64,000 bases of DNA from Vicinamibacterales bacterium (GTDB lineage: Bacteria; Acidobacteriota; Vicinamibacteria; Vicinamibacterales; UBA2999). The notes under the pieces were generated by a model. It worked only from the letters and a program-made list of their open reading frames with translations. It did not search any database and was not told the origin of the DNA. The first letter of the stretch is position 1. Each line of letters begins with the position of its first letter. The position numbers and the translations under genes were made by a program. The stretch covers positions 167,153 through 231,152 of the forward strand of contig JBFWNV010000003.1 of assembly GCA_050250875.1 (NCBI GenBank), written 5' to 3'. Below, piece after piece: positions 34,040 through 44,415 of this stretch.

Positions 34040-34916
34040 TCTGGATCTGCTCCCGCATCCGCTCGAGTTCGGCCTTGGCCTGGATGATCAGCTCCGAGAC
34101 GGCGACTCCGTCGGCCTTGCTGCCGATGGTGTTGACCTCGCGGTTCATCTCCTGCAGCAGGAAGTCGAGCTTGCGGCCGCACGGCTCGGCGCCGTCGACC
34201 AGCGCGTCCCAGTGCTCGAGGTGGGCGCGGAACCGGGTGACCTCCTCGGCGATGTCGGATCGCTGCGCCGCCCGCACCACCTCCTGCGCCAGCGCCGCCT
34301 GATCGATCGGCAGCGACGCGCTCATCTCGCGGGCACGCTCCAGCAGCCGCTGCTCGACCTGGACGCGGCCCTGCTCGGCGGCACCGGCAATCGCAGTGAT
34401 GAGGCCGCCGAGCGCGGTCTTGCGGGCGGCCAGATCGGCGCGGAGCAGCCCGCCCTCGCGGGTGCGCATCTCGTCGAGCGCCTCGAGGGCGCGGACCAGT
34501 ACGGCCTCGGCGGCGGCGGCCCACACCACGCTGCCGTCCTCGCCGGCCGGCCGCTCGCGGATCGACAGCGCCTGCGGCAGCCGCAGGACGTCGCCGGGCG
34601 TCAGGGCCCCGACCACCAGCCCGGCGTCGCGGGCGGCGTCGACGGCGGCGGTGAGGGCGCGGACGAACCCGTCGTTCAGCTCGACCACCGGCGTCGGGCC
34701 GCCGCGCGTCTGCAGCGCGACCTGCACCTCGATTCGGCCGCGGGCGACGCGCTGCTGCACGGCCGCCCGCACCCGCGGCTCGGCGTCGCCGATGACCGGC
34801 GGCAGCCGAACCTGCAGGTCGAGGAAGCGATGGTTCACCGCCCGCAACGTCACGCTGATCGTCCCGGCGTCGTCGTCGTGCGACGCCGTGGCGAACCCGG
34901 TCATGCTCTTCATCAT
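34029..34916 (-). CDS. yicC: YicC-family protein
   Basis: MMKSMTGFA N-terminus, C-terminal EVNTIGSKA...[13 protein letters not shown], and the conserved yicC-gmk order. Confidence 0.8.
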   Translation of the reverse strand: MMKSMTGFATASHDDDAGTISVTLRAVNHRFLDLQVRLPPVIGDAEPRVRAAVQQRVARGRIEVQVALQTRGGPTPVVELNDGFVRALTAAVDAARDAGLVVGALTPGDVLRLPQALSIRERPAGEDGSVVWAAAAEAVLVRALEALDEMRTREGGLLRADLAARKTALGGLITAIAGAAEQGRVQVEQRLLERAREMSASLPIDQAALAQEVVRAAQRSDIAEEVTRFRAHLEHWDALVDGAEPCGRKLDFLLQEMNREVNTIGSKADGVAVSELIIQAKAELERMREQIQNVE

Positions 34917-34944
34917 GCGGCGGCCATCCCTCTCGACCGGCGGC

Positions 34945-36705
34945 TCATGACGGCGCGACGCCGGCGCGGTCCGGCCGGCGCGCCTCGGCGAACTGCGCCC
35001 GATGGAGGCGCGCGTAGTGGCCCTGGGGCCGCGCCAGCAGCTCCTCGTGGCGGCCGGCCTCGACCAGGCGGCCGCGCTCGAACACCAGGATGGCGTCGGC
35101 CCGCTGCACCGTCGACAGCCGGTGGGCGATGACGACGCAGGTGCGGTTGCGCATCAGGGTGGTGAGGGCCTCCTGCACCTGCCGCTCCGACTCGGAGTCG
35201 AGCGACGAGGTCGCCTCGTCGAGCACGAGGATCGGCGCGTCGCGCAGCAGCGCCCGGGCGATGGCCAGCCGCTGCCGCTGCCCGCCCGACAGGCGCTGCC
35301 CGCGTTCGCCGATCGTCGTCGCGTAGCCGGCGGGCTGGCTCTGGATGAACTCGTGGGCGTTGGCGGCGCGGGCGGCGGCCTCGATCTGCTCGCGGCTGGC
35401 GTCGGGCATCCCGTAGGCGATATTAGCCGCGATCGTGTCGTCGAACAGCACGGTCTCCTGCGTGACCACGCCGATCTGGCGGCGCAGCGACGCCAGCGTC
35501 ACGTCGCGGACGTCGTGGCCGTCGACGAGCAGCGCCCCCGCCGACACGTCGTAGAAGCGTGGCAGCAGGTTGGCCAGCGTGGTCTTGCCGGCGCCGCTCC
35601 GGCCGACGATGGCGACGACCTGCCCGGCCGGGACGGTGAACGACACCCCGTTCACCACCAGCTTGCCGTGGCCGTCTTCGTAGCCGAAGGAGACGTCGCG
35701 GTACTCGATGGCGTGCTGGAACGGCGGCAGCGTCACGGCGCCGGGCCGCTCCACCACTTCGGTGTGCGCGTCGAGCAGTTCGAACACGCGCTCGGCGGCG
35801 GCCGCCGCCTGCTGCAGGTTGGCGTTGACCCGCGTCAGCTTCTTGATCGGCCCGTACATGAGCAGCAGCGCGGCGACGAACGAGGTGAACTCGCCCGGCG
35901 TGAGCCGGCCGGCGGCGATCTCCTGGCTGCCGTACCACAGCGCGCCGACGATGGCCACGCCGCCCAGCGCCTCCATCAGCGGCGGCAGCAGCGACAGCAC
36001 GCCGGTGACGCTCATGTTGGTGCGGTAGAGCTGATCGGAGGCGGCGCGGAACTTGGCCGCTTCGCGGCCCTCGGCCAGGAACGCCTTGACGATGCGGTGC
36101 CCCGAGAACGCTTCGCCGGCGACGTGCGACAGCCGCTCGAGCGCCTCCTGGCTGCGCCGCGACACCGTGCGGAGCCGCCGGCCGAGCCGGGCGAGCGGGT
36201 AGACGACCAGCGGCGCCGCGGTGACGCAGACCAGCGCCAGGCCGGCGTCGATGTAGACCAGCAGCGCGGCGTAGCCGACCACCGTCAACGACTCGCGGGC
36301 GATGTCGCCGACGGTCTCGGACACCGCCCGCTGCACCAGGCCGACGTCGTTGTTCACCCGCGACAGCAACTGGCCGGTCGATCGGCGGGCGAAGAAGGCC
36401 GCCGACTGGCCGAGGACGTGCTCGAACAGGTCGGTGCGCAGGGCGCGGACGACGCGGTGGCCGAGGTCGTCCATCCAGTAGCTGGAGAAGAACGCGCCGA
36501 CGCCCTTGACGACGTAGACGACGACGATCGCGGTGCCGACGAAGGCCAGCGACTCGCGCGCCGGCAGCACCTGGTCGAGGATCGGCTTGACCAGCCAGGC
36601 CAGCGCCGCCGAGGCCGCGCCGTACAGCAGCATCGCCGCGAACGCCCCGGCGATCACCAGCCGGTGCGGTGCTGCGTAGCGGAGCAGGCGCAGCAGGGGA
36701 TCCAT
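34945..36705 (-). CDS. Fused TMD-NBD ABC exporter, MsbA/PglK-like
   Basis: Start at MDPLLRLLRY (cat 36703-36705), 1-nt overlap with the galE stop. Six-TM N-terminal half. GRSGAGKTT, LSGGQRQRLAIARAL, LVLDEATSSLD. Confidence 0.8.
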   Translation of the reverse strand: MDPLLRLLRYAAPHRLVIAGAFAAMLLYGAASAALAWLVKPILDQVLPARESLAFVGTAIVVVYVVKGVGAFFSSYWMDDLGHRVVRALRTDLFEHVLGQSAAFFARRSTGQLLSRVNNDVGLVQRAVSETVGDIARESLTVVGYAALLVYIDAGLALVCVTAAPLVVYPLARLGRRLRTVSRRSQEALERLSHVAGEAFSGHRIVKAFLAEGREAAKFRAASDQLYRTNMSVTGVLSLLPPLMEALGGVAIVGALWYGSQEIAAGRLTPGEFTSFVAALLLMYGPIKKLTRVNANLQQAAAAAERVFELLDAHTEVVERPGAVTLPPFQHAIEYRDVSFGYEDGHGKLVVNGVSFTVPAGQVVAIVGRSGAGKTTLANLLPRFYDVSAGALLVDGHDVRDVTLASLRRQIGVVTQETVLFDDTIAANIAYGMPDASREQIEAAARAANAHEFIQSQPAGYATTIGERGQRLSGGQRQRLAIARALLRDAPILVLDEATSSLDSESERQVQEALTTLMRNRTCVVIAHRLSTVQRADAILVFERGRLVEAGRHEELLARPQGHYARLHRAQFAEARRPDRAGVAPS

Positions 36706-37703
36706 CACCGGGACACGGTAGCCCGATAGCCTCCCGGGTGCGCCGCCCGCCACCGGGCGGCGTCGGCGACGATCGTCGCCAGGTCGCTGCGCCGCGGGCG
36801 CCAGCCCAGCTCGGCCTGGATGCGCGCGCTCGCGGCGTAGAGCGCCGACGGGTCGCCGTCGCGCCGCGGCGCCGGCGTCCACGGCACCGGACGGCCGACC
36901 ACGCGCGATACGGTGTCGATGACCTCGCGGACCGACCACGGCCGGCCGGTGCCGACGTTGTAGGCCCCGCCGCGGTGGCCGCCGGCGAGCGCGTCGAGGG
37001 CGTGGAGGTGGGCGGCGGCGAGATCGGCGACGTGGACGTAGTCGCGCAGGCACGTGCCGTCGGGGGTCGGGTAGTCGAGGCCGAACACCTGCAGCGGCTC
37101 GCCGCCGCGGGCGGCGTCGATGGCGCGCGGCACGAGATGGATCTCGGGATCGTGGTCCTCGCCGAGTTCGCCGTCGGGATCGGCGCCGGCGGCGTTGAAA
37201 TAGCGCAGCGCGATCGCCCGCAGGCCGTGCGCGACGCCGAAATGGCGCAGCGCCCGCTCGACGGCCAGTTTCGACTCGCCGTAGGCGTTCACCGGCACCT
37301 GCGGGTGATCCTCGGTGAGCGGCAGCGTCACCGGTTCGCCGTAGGTGGCGCAGGTGGACGAGAACACGAACCGCTCGACGCCCTCGGCGGCCATCGCCTC
37401 GAGCAGGCGCAGCGATCCGGTGACGTTGTTCTCGTAGTACTTGGCGGGCTGGCGCACCGACTCGCTGACCGTCAGCCAGGCGGCGAAGTGCATCACCGCG
37501 TCGATGCCGTGCTCGCGCAGTGTCGCCCGCACCGCGGCGCTGTCGTGGACCCGGGCCCGCACCAGCGGCACGCCGCGCACCGCCTCGGCATGGCCGGCCG
37601 AGAGGTCGTCGAGCACGACCACGGCGTGGCCGGCGGCGCGGAGCGCCTTCACGGCATGGCTGCCGATGTACCCGGCCCCGCCCGTGACCAGCACCCGGCC
37701 CAT
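36705..37703 (-). CDS. galE: UDP-glucose 4-epimerase
   Basis: VLVTGGAGYIGSH Rossmann motif and YGESK (YxxxK). Confidence 0.85.
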   Translation of the reverse strand: MGRVLVTGGAGYIGSHAVKALRAAGHAVVVLDDLSAGHAEAVRGVPLVRARVHDSAAVRATLREHGIDAVMHFAAWLTVSESVRQPAKYYENNVTGSLRLLEAMAAEGVERFVFSSTCATYGEPVTLPLTEDHPQVPVNAYGESKLAVERALRHFGVAHGLRAIALRYFNAAGADPDGELGEDHDPEIHLVPRAIDAARGGEPLQVFGLDYPTPDGTCLRDYVHVADLAAAHLHALDALAGGHRGGAYNVGTGRPWSVREVIDTVSRVVGRPVPWTPAPRRDGDPSALYAASARIQAELGWRPRRSDLATIVADAARWRAAHPGGYRATVSR

Positions 37704-37707
37704 CGCG

Positions 37708-39003
37708 CTACCGTCCGACCGACTTGTAGACGAAGCCCAGCTCCTTCATCTGCTCCGGCTGGTAGATGTTGCGGCCGTCGAAGATCACCGGCGCCTTGAG
37801 CAGCTTGCGCATGCGCTGGAAGTCGGGCTCGCGGAACTCCTGCCACTCGGTGATCACGGCCAGCGCGTCGGCACCCTTGAGGGCGTCGTAGTTCTTCTTC
37901 ACGAAGGCGACGCCTTTGGGGAAGAGGCTCTTGGCGACGGTCATCGCCTCCGGGTCGTAGGCCTGCACCCTGGCGCCCTTCTCGAGCAGGGTCCTGATGA
38001 TCGGCACCGCCGGCGCCTCGCGCATGTCGTCGGTCTTGGGCTTGAACGCCAGTCCCCAGATGGCGATGGTGCGGCCCTTGAGCGAGCCGAAGTGCGCCTC
38101 CATCTTGCGCAGCAGCAGCCGCTTCTGCGACTCGTTGACCTGTTCGACCGCCTTGAGAATCCTGAAGTCGTACTTCTTGTCGGCCGAGAACCTGACGATC
38201 GCCTTGACGTCCTTGGGGAAGCAGCTGCCACCGTAGCCGACGCCGGGGAACAGGAACGCCGGGCCGATGCGGCGATCGGAGCCCATCGCCTGGCGGACCC
38301 GATCGACGTCGGCGCCGTAGGCCTCGCAGACGTTGGCGATCTCGTTCATGAACGAGATCTTGGTCGCCAGCATGGCGTTGGCGGCGTACTTGGCCAGCTC
38401 GGCGCTGGCGCAGTCCATCACCATGATCGGCGCGCCGGTGCGCGTGAAGGGCTTGTGCAGCGCCACCATCAGCTCGGCGGCCTTCTCGTCCTCGGCGCCG
38501 ATGACGACGCGATCGGGCTTCATGAAGTCGTCGACGGCGGCGCCCTGCTTCAGGAACTCGGGGTTGCTGACAACGCTGAACGGGTGGGTGGTCTCGCGGC
38601 GGACCACCTCGCGCACCTTCGCCGCGGTGCCGACCGGCACCGTGCTCTTGTCGACGATCACCTTGTAGCCGTTCATCGCCCGGCCGATCTGCGCGGCGAC
38701 GCCCATCACGTGCTGGAGGTCGGCCGAGCCGTCCTCGCCCTGCGGGGTGCCGACGGCGATGAAGACGATCTGCGACGCGCGCACCGCCTTGGGCAGGTCG
38801 GTGGTGAAGGTCAGCCGGCCCTCGGCCTTGTTGCGGCGGAGGAGGTCTTCGATGCCCGGCTCGTAGATCGGGCTCTTGCCGCGGCGCAGCATCCGCACCT
38901 TGGCGTCGTCCTTGTCGACGCAGACCACGTCATTGCCGCTCTCCGCCAGACATGCGCCAACGACCAGCCCCACGTACCCGGTTCCGACCACCGCGACCTT
39001 CAT
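37708..39003 (-). CDS. ugd: UDP-glucose 6-dehydrogenase
   Basis: Start at MKVAVVGTGYVGLV (cat 39001-39003). Catalytic Cys block GYGGSCFPKD. Confidence 0.9.
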   Translation of the reverse strand: MKVAVVGTGYVGLVVGACLAESGNDVVCVDKDDAKVRMLRRGKSPIYEPGIEDLLRRNKAEGRLTFTTDLPKAVRASQIVFIAVGTPQGEDGSADLQHVMGVAAQIGRAMNGYKVIVDKSTVPVGTAAKVREVVRRETTHPFSVVSNPEFLKQGAAVDDFMKPDRVVIGAEDEKAAELMVALHKPFTRTGAPIMVMDCASAELAKYAANAMLATKISFMNEIANVCEAYGADVDRVRQAMGSDRRIGPAFLFPGVGYGGSCFPKDVKAIVRFSADKKYDFRILKAVEQVNESQKRLLLRKMEAHFGSLKGRTIAIWGLAFKPKTDDMREAPAVPIIRTLLEKGARVQAYDPEAMTVAKSLFPKGVAFVKKNYDALKGADALAVITEWQEFREPDFQRMRKLLKAPVIFDGRNIYQPEQMKELGFVYKSVGR

Positions 39004-39123
39004 GCGCCTCTTCGCTCCCTCTGGCGGGCCCCACCGCGGGCGCGCCGAACGTGTCACGGTACCATCCGCCCGCGACTGGTGTCAACATACTGACCCACAA
39101 GGACTTGTTGTCCCCCGCGGGTC

Positions 39124-40272
39124 GTGGTACCGTTGCCCGGCGTGCACGTGATCGTCGACTATCGCCCGGCGCTCAGGGCCCGCACCGGCATCGGCGAGTA
39201 CGTGCACGAGCTGGCTCGCGCGCTGGCCGCGACGGCCCCCGCCGGCGAACGGCTGACCCTGTTTTCGAGCTCGTGGGCCGACCGCATCATGCCCGACGCG
39301 GCGGCCGACATCCCCACCGCTGCGCGCGTCGACCGCCGGCTGCCCGTGCGCGCACTGACCTGGTCGTGGCATCGGCTGTCGTGGCCGCCCATCGAGCGGC
39401 TGGCCGGCGCCTGCGACGTGGTGCACTCGCCCACGCCCCTGCTGGTGCCGTCGCGACGGGCCGCCCAGGTCGTGACGGTGTTCGACCTGCACTTCCTGCA
39501 CGCCCGCCAGAACGTCAGTGGCCCGGCCCGGCGTGACTTCCCAGACCTGGTCCGCGACCACGTCCAGCGGGCCGACCACGTCATCGCGGGGTCGGCCTAC
39601 GCCGCCGGTCTGGTCGGACGCGAACTCGGGGTGCCGGCGGCGCGGATCACGACGACCCCGCTGGGCGCGCCGCGATGGGCGGAGGCGGTGCGGGCGCGCC
39701 GCGGCGGCGACCCGGGCTCCACGATTCTGTTCCTCGGCACGCTCGAACCGCGCAAGAACCTGGGCGTGCTCCTCGACGCCTACGCGCGGCTCGTCGAGAC
39801 GTCGCCGGGTGCGCCGCCGCTGGTCCTGGCCGGCCGGCCCACGCCGGCGGCGGCCGCCTGGCTGGCGCGGCTCGACACGCCGCCGCTGGCGGGTCGGGTC
39901 CGGACGCTTGGCTACGTCGACGATGCGACCCGCCAGCGCCTGTATGCCGAGGCGCGGATGCTGGTACTGCCGTCGGTGGACGAGGGGTTCGGCCTGACCG
40001 CGCTGGAGGCGCTGGCCTGCGGCGTGCCCGTGGTGGCGTCGGCGGCGGGCTCGCTTCCGGAGGTGGTCGGCCGGTCAGGTCTGCTGGTCGATCCCGGCCG
40101 TCCCGAGGCGTGGACCGCCGCGCTCGCCGCCCTGCTCGACGACGGCACGGCCCGGGCTCAGGGCCTGCTCGGCCCGGTCCACGCGGCGGCCTTCAGCTGG
40201 AGCGCCACGGCCGCCGCGACGCGGACCGCGTATGCCGCGGCCGTCGCGGCCCGGCGCGCGGGGAGCGTCTGA
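39124..40272 (+). CDS. Glycosyltransferase, GT4 family
   Basis: GT-B C-terminal EX7E block PSVDEGFGLTALEALACGVPVV. Confidence 0.8.
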   Translation: MVPLPGVHVIVDYRPALRARTGIGEYVHELARALAATAPAGERLTLFSSSWADRIMPDAAADIPTAARVDRRLPVRALTWSWHRLSWPPIERLAGACDVVHSPTPLLVPSRRAAQVVTVFDLHFLHARQNVSGPARRDFPDLVRDHVQRADHVIAGSAYAAGLVGRELGVPAARITTTPLGAPRWAEAVRARRGGDPGSTILFLGTLEPRKNLGVLLDAYARLVETSPGAPPLVLAGRPTPAAAAWLARLDTPPLAGRVRTLGYVDDATRQRLYAEARMLVLPSVDEGFGLTALEALACGVPVVASAAGSLPEVVGRSGLLVDPGRPEAWTAALAALLDDGTARAQGLLGPVHAAAFSWSATAAATRTAYAAAVAARRAGSV

Positions 40273-40274
40273 CG

Positions 40275-41351
40275 ATGCGCGTCGCCATCGACGCCCGCGA
40301 ACTGGCCGGCCACCCGACCGGCGTCGGCCGCTACCTCACCGAACTGCTGAAGGAGTGGCGTGACGGCGCCGGGGCCGGGCATGAACTGCTGCTGTACAGC
40401 CACCGACTGCCGCTCGAACCGCTCGACGACTGGCCGGTGCGGCTGGTGCCCGGATCGGGCGGCACGCGCTGGGAGCAGTGGGAGTTCGCGCGGGCGTTGG
40501 GGCGGGATCGGCCCGACGTGCTCTTCGCACCGGGGTATACGGCGCCCCTGGCGTGTCCGGCACCGGTCGCCCTCGCCGTCCATGACGTCTCCTACTTCGC
40601 GCACCCCGAGTGGTTCAGCGCCCGCGAGGGCCTGCGCCGCCGCCAGATCACCGCCTGGGCGGCGCGCCGGGCCCACGTCGTGCTGGCGCCATCGGCGTTC
40701 TCGGCCCGGGAGATCGTGCGCTTCACCGGCGTCCCCGAATCGCGTGTCCGCGTCGTCCACCTCGGCGTCCGCGCGGCCGCGACGCCGCCGTCGCGCGACC
40801 GCCGGCCGCTCGTGCTCTTCGTCGGCTCGCTCTTCCAACGCCGCCACATCGACGTCCTCATCGACGCGTTCGCGCGGGTCTCCGCCACCCACCCCGACGC
40901 CCATCTCGACATCGTCGGCGAGAACCGCACCGTGCCCCGCCTCGACTTCGCGACGCAGGTGGCCGCGCTGGGCCTGGCCGACCGGGTCGGCCTCCGTCAC
41001 TGGGTGGACGACGAGACGCTGGCGACGCTCTACGGCGAGGCGGCCGCCTTCCCCTTCCTGTCGGAATACGAAGGGTTCGGCTTCACGCCGCTCGAGGCGC
41101 TGGCCCACGGCGCCGTGCCGGTCGTGCTCGACACCCCGGTCGCCCGCGAGATCTACGGCGACGCGGCGGTGCGTCTCGACCCGGGACCGGACCTGGCGAA
41201 GACGCTCGCCGACACGCTGTCGCGGCTGCTCAGCGACCCCGCGGCACGGGCCGCACACCTGGCGGCCGCCGAACCCGTGCTGGCCGCTTACCAGTGGCGC
41301 GACACCGCGGCCCATACGTGGCGAGCCCTGGAGGAGGCGGCCGGTGCCTGA
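40275..41351 (+). CDS. Glycosyltransferase, GT4 family
   Basis: Start at MRVAIDARELAG (ATG 40275). LSEYEGFGFTPLEALAHGAVPVV. Confidence 0.8.
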   Translation: MRVAIDARELAGHPTGVGRYLTELLKEWRDGAGAGHELLLYSHRLPLEPLDDWPVRLVPGSGGTRWEQWEFARALGRDRPDVLFAPGYTAPLACPAPVALAVHDVSYFAHPEWFSAREGLRRRQITAWAARRAHVVLAPSAFSAREIVRFTGVPESRVRVVHLGVRAAATPPSRDRRPLVLFVGSLFQRRHIDVLIDAFARVSATHPDAHLDIVGENRTVPRLDFATQVAALGLADRVGLRHWVDDETLATLYGEAAAFPFLSEYEGFGFTPLEALAHGAVPVVLDTPVAREIYGDAAVRLDPGPDLAKTLADTLSRLLSDPAARAAHLAAAEPVLAAYQWRDTAAHTWRALEEAAGA

Positions 41352-42171
41352 GCCAGCCGGCCTCGACGTGGTCATCGTCAGCTACAACGTCCGCGCCGAT
41401 CTCGACCGCTGCCTGGGCTCGCTCGCCGCCCATCCGCCGGACCGCCCGCTGCACGTCACCGTGGTCGACAACGCGTCGAGCGACGGCACCGTGGCCCACC
41501 TGCGCCGGCACTGGCCGGCGGTGACGGCCATCGACGCCGGCGCCAACCTCGGGTTCGCCCGGGCCAACAACGTCGGCATCCGCGCCTCGACGCAGCCGCT
41601 GGTGCTGCTGCTCAACCCCGACACGATCGTCGGCGCCGGGCAGATCGACCGGCTGGTCGCGGCGCTCGAGGCCGATGCCGGCGCGGCAGCCGCCGGACCG
41701 CGCCTCGTCGACGGCGACGGCCGTCCCGAACTGTCCTTCGGCCCGGCGCTGTCGCCGTGGGGCGAGTTCCGCCAGCGGCGCCTGATGCGCGCCTACGAGC
41801 GCCGGGCCGCGTGGGCCGAGGCGCGGGTCGCGCGCGAGACCGCGGCAGCCGGGCCACGGCCCTGGCTGAGCGCCGCCTGCCTGCTGGTCCGCCGGGCCGA
41901 TCTCGAGGCGGTCGGCCTCTTCGACGAGCGCTTCTTCATGTACACCGAGGACGTCGACCTGTGCGCGTCGCTCGGCGCGCGCGGCCGGCGCGTGATCTTC
42001 GTGCCGGCGGCGACGGTCACGCACCTGCGCGGCCGCGCCGGCGCCGCCGCGCCCGCGGTGACGGCCCGCCGCCGCCGCGAGAGCCACGTCGCCTACTACC
42101 GCAAGCGCCATCCCGCGTGGGCGCCGCTGCTGGCCTGGTGGCTGCGCCGCCGCGGGTTCGATGTCCGATAA
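41344..42171 (+). CDS. Glycosyltransferase, GT2 family
   Basis: GTG at 41344, overlapping the upstream gene by 8 nt. VVIVSYN...VVDNASSDGT and YTEDVDL. Confidence 0.8.
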   Translation: MPEPAGLDVVIVSYNVRADLDRCLGSLAAHPPDRPLHVTVVDNASSDGTVAHLRRHWPAVTAIDAGANLGFARANNVGIRASTQPLVLLLNPDTIVGAGQIDRLVAALEADAGAAAAGPRLVDGDGRPELSFGPALSPWGEFRQRRLMRAYERRAAWAEARVARETAAAGPRPWLSAACLLVRRADLEAVGLFDERFFMYTEDVDLCASLGARGRRVIFVPAATVTHLRGRAGAAAPAVTARRRRESHVAYYRKRHPAWAPLLAWWLRRRGFDVR

Positions 42172-43300
42172 TCCCGGCGGCCGCATGCGAATCGCCATCG
42201 ACGCGCGGAAGCTCCACGATTTCGGGATCGGCACGTACATCCGCAACCTCGTCCACGAGCTGGCGGCGCTCGACCCGGCATCGGAGTACGTGCTGCTCAC
42301 CCGGCCGGCCGACGTCGCCGACGCAGCGGCCGCCGGCGCCAACGTTCGAGCGGTGGCCGAGCCGGCGCGCCCTTACTCGGTCGGCGAGCAGCTGCGCGTG
42401 CCGCTGGCGGCGCGGCGCCTCCATGCCGACCTCTTCCACGCGCCCCACTACGTCCTGCCGCCCTTCGTGCCCGGCCCGACCGTGGTGACGATCCACGACT
42501 GCATCCACCTGCGTTTCCCCCAGTACCTGCCGAGCCGGGCCGCCTGGGTCTACGCCCACACGATGATCCGGCTCGCCGCCCGGAAGGCGACGCGCATCCT
42601 GACGGTGTCCGACGCCTCCAGGCGGGACATCCTGCACTACACCGGCGTCCGGCCCGAGAAGGTCGTGGTCGTCTACAACGGCCTCGACGCCCGCTTCGCC
42701 ACCCCCCCGGACGACGCCGCGCTCGACCGCGTCCGCCAGCGGTTCGACCTGTCGCATCCCTTCGTCCTCTACGTCGGCAACATCAAGCCGCACAAGAACC
42801 TCGAGCGGCTGATCGAAGCGTTCGCGCTGGCCCGCACCGGCGGCCCGGACGATCTTCGGCTGGTGGTGATCGGCGACGAGATCTCGAAATACCCGGGCCT
42901 GCGCCAGATGGTGCACCGTCATCGGCTCGACAAGCACGTCCGCTTCTTCGGCTTCCAGCCGGCGCCGACGCTGGTGGCGTTCTACCGGCTGGCCCGGGCG
43001 TTCGTGTTCCCGTCGCTCTACGAGGGCTTCGGCCTGCCGCCGCTCGAGGCGATGGCCAACCTCACGCCGGTGGTCACCTCGAACCTGTCGTCGCTGCCGG
43101 AGGTGGTCGGCGACGCCGCGGTGCTGGTCGATCCGTACGACAGCGCGTCGATCGCCGACGGGATCCGCCGCGTCGTCGACGACGAGGCGCTGCGCGCGCA
43201 GCTCATCGCCCGCGGCCGGGCTCGCGTGCAGGAGTTCTCATGGCGGCGGGCGGCGGCCCGCACCCTCGAGGTCTATCGCGACGCGACGGGGCACGCCTGA
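42161..43300 (+). CDS. Glycosyltransferase, GT4 family
   Basis: PSLYEGFGLPPLEAMANLTPVV. The start could instead be MRIAID at 42185. Confidence 0.8.
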   Translation: MSDNPGGRMRIAIDARKLHDFGIGTYIRNLVHELAALDPASEYVLLTRPADVADAAAAGANVRAVAEPARPYSVGEQLRVPLAARRLHADLFHAPHYVLPPFVPGPTVVTIHDCIHLRFPQYLPSRAAWVYAHTMIRLAARKATRILTVSDASRRDILHYTGVRPEKVVVVYNGLDARFATPPDDAALDRVRQRFDLSHPFVLYVGNIKPHKNLERLIEAFALARTGGPDDLRLVVIGDEISKYPGLRQMVHRHRLDKHVRFFGFQPAPTLVAFYRLARAFVFPSLYEGFGLPPLEAMANLTPVVTSNLSSLPEVVGDAAVLVDPYDSASIADGIRRVVDDEALRAQLIARGRARVQEFSWRRAAARTLEVYRDATGHA

Positions 43301-44415
43301 TGCGGGTCGCCCTGGTCCACGACTGGCTCACCGGCATGCGCGGCGGCGAGAAGGCCCTCGAGCAGATCGCGGCGCTCTTTCCCGGCGCCGACCTGTTCAC
43401 GCTGGTCCACGTGCCCGGCAGCGTCTCACCGGCGATCGAGGCGCATCCGATCCACACGGCGTTCATCCAGCGGCTGCCGTTCGTCGCCCGGGCCTATCGC
43501 CATTACCTGCCGCTCTTCCCGGCGGCCATCGAACGGCTCGACCTGTCGGGCTTCGACCTGGTGGTCAGCTGCAGTCACTGCGTAGCCAAATCGGTGATCG
43601 TGCCGCCCGGTAGCCGCCACCTCTGCTATTGCCTGACCCCCATGCGTTACGCCTGGGATCAGTTCGACGCCTATTTCGGCCCGGAGCGGGTCGGGGCCGT
43701 GGCCAGCGCCGTCATGAAACCGGTCATGGCCCGCCTGGCCCGCTGGGACCGCGAGACCGCCCACCGCCCTAACCGCTATCTCGCTATTTCTCAATATGTT
43801 GCGCGGAGAATCGGGCTGTACTATAATCGCCAGTCGGCGATCGTCTATCCGCCGGTCGATACCGAGGCGTTCACGCCCGGCGGCCCCGGAGAGCGCGGCG
43901 CCTTCCTGATCGTGTCGGCCTTGGTGCCCTACAAACGCCTGGACGTGGCCATCGCGGCCGCCCGTGCCGCCCATCTGCCGCTGGACATCATCGGCGAGGG
44001 TCCGGAGCGCAGCCATCTCGAGTCGCTGGCCGCCGGCGCGCCGGGCGTGCGCCTGCTCGGGCGGCTCGACGACGCCGCGGTGCTGGCCCACTACCGGACC
44101 GCGACCGCGGTCCTGCTCCCCGGAGAGGAAGACTTCGGGCTGGTGCCGGTCGAAGCCCAGGCGTGCGGCCGCCCGGTGGTGGCGCTGGGCCGCGGCGGCG
44201 CGACCGAAACCGTGATCGACGGCGAGACCGGGCTGCTCGTCGCCGACGACAGCGTCGCTGCCTGGACCGCGGCGCTCGGCGAGGCGGCGGCGCGGCCGTG
44301 GTCCGCCGCCCGCATCCGCGCCAACGCCGAGCGCTTCGGCGCGGCACGCTTCCGGACCGAATTCCAGGCCGCCGTCGACGAGGTGCTGGCCGCGCCGGCC
44401 GAGTCGCGATGGTAA
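43300..44415 (+). CDS. Glycosyltransferase, GT4 family
   Basis: Start at MRVALVHDWLTGMRGGEK (TGATG overlap). PGEEDFGLVPVEAQACGRPVV. It contains an atypical A/T3 codon patch at about 43560-43870. Confidence 0.8.
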   Translation: MRVALVHDWLTGMRGGEKALEQIAALFPGADLFTLVHVPGSVSPAIEAHPIHTAFIQRLPFVARAYRHYLPLFPAAIERLDLSGFDLVVSCSHCVAKSVIVPPGSRHLCYCLTPMRYAWDQFDAYFGPERVGAVASAVMKPVMARLARWDRETAHRPNRYLAISQYVARRIGLYYNRQSAIVYPPVDTEAFTPGGPGERGAFLIVSALVPYKRLDVAIAAARAAHLPLDIIGEGPERSHLESLAAGAPGVRLLGRLDDAAVLAHYRTATAVLLPGEEDFGLVPVEAQACGRPVVALGRGGATETVIDGETGLLVADDSVAAWTAALGEAAARPWSAARIRANAERFGAARFRTEFQAAVDEVLAAPAESRW

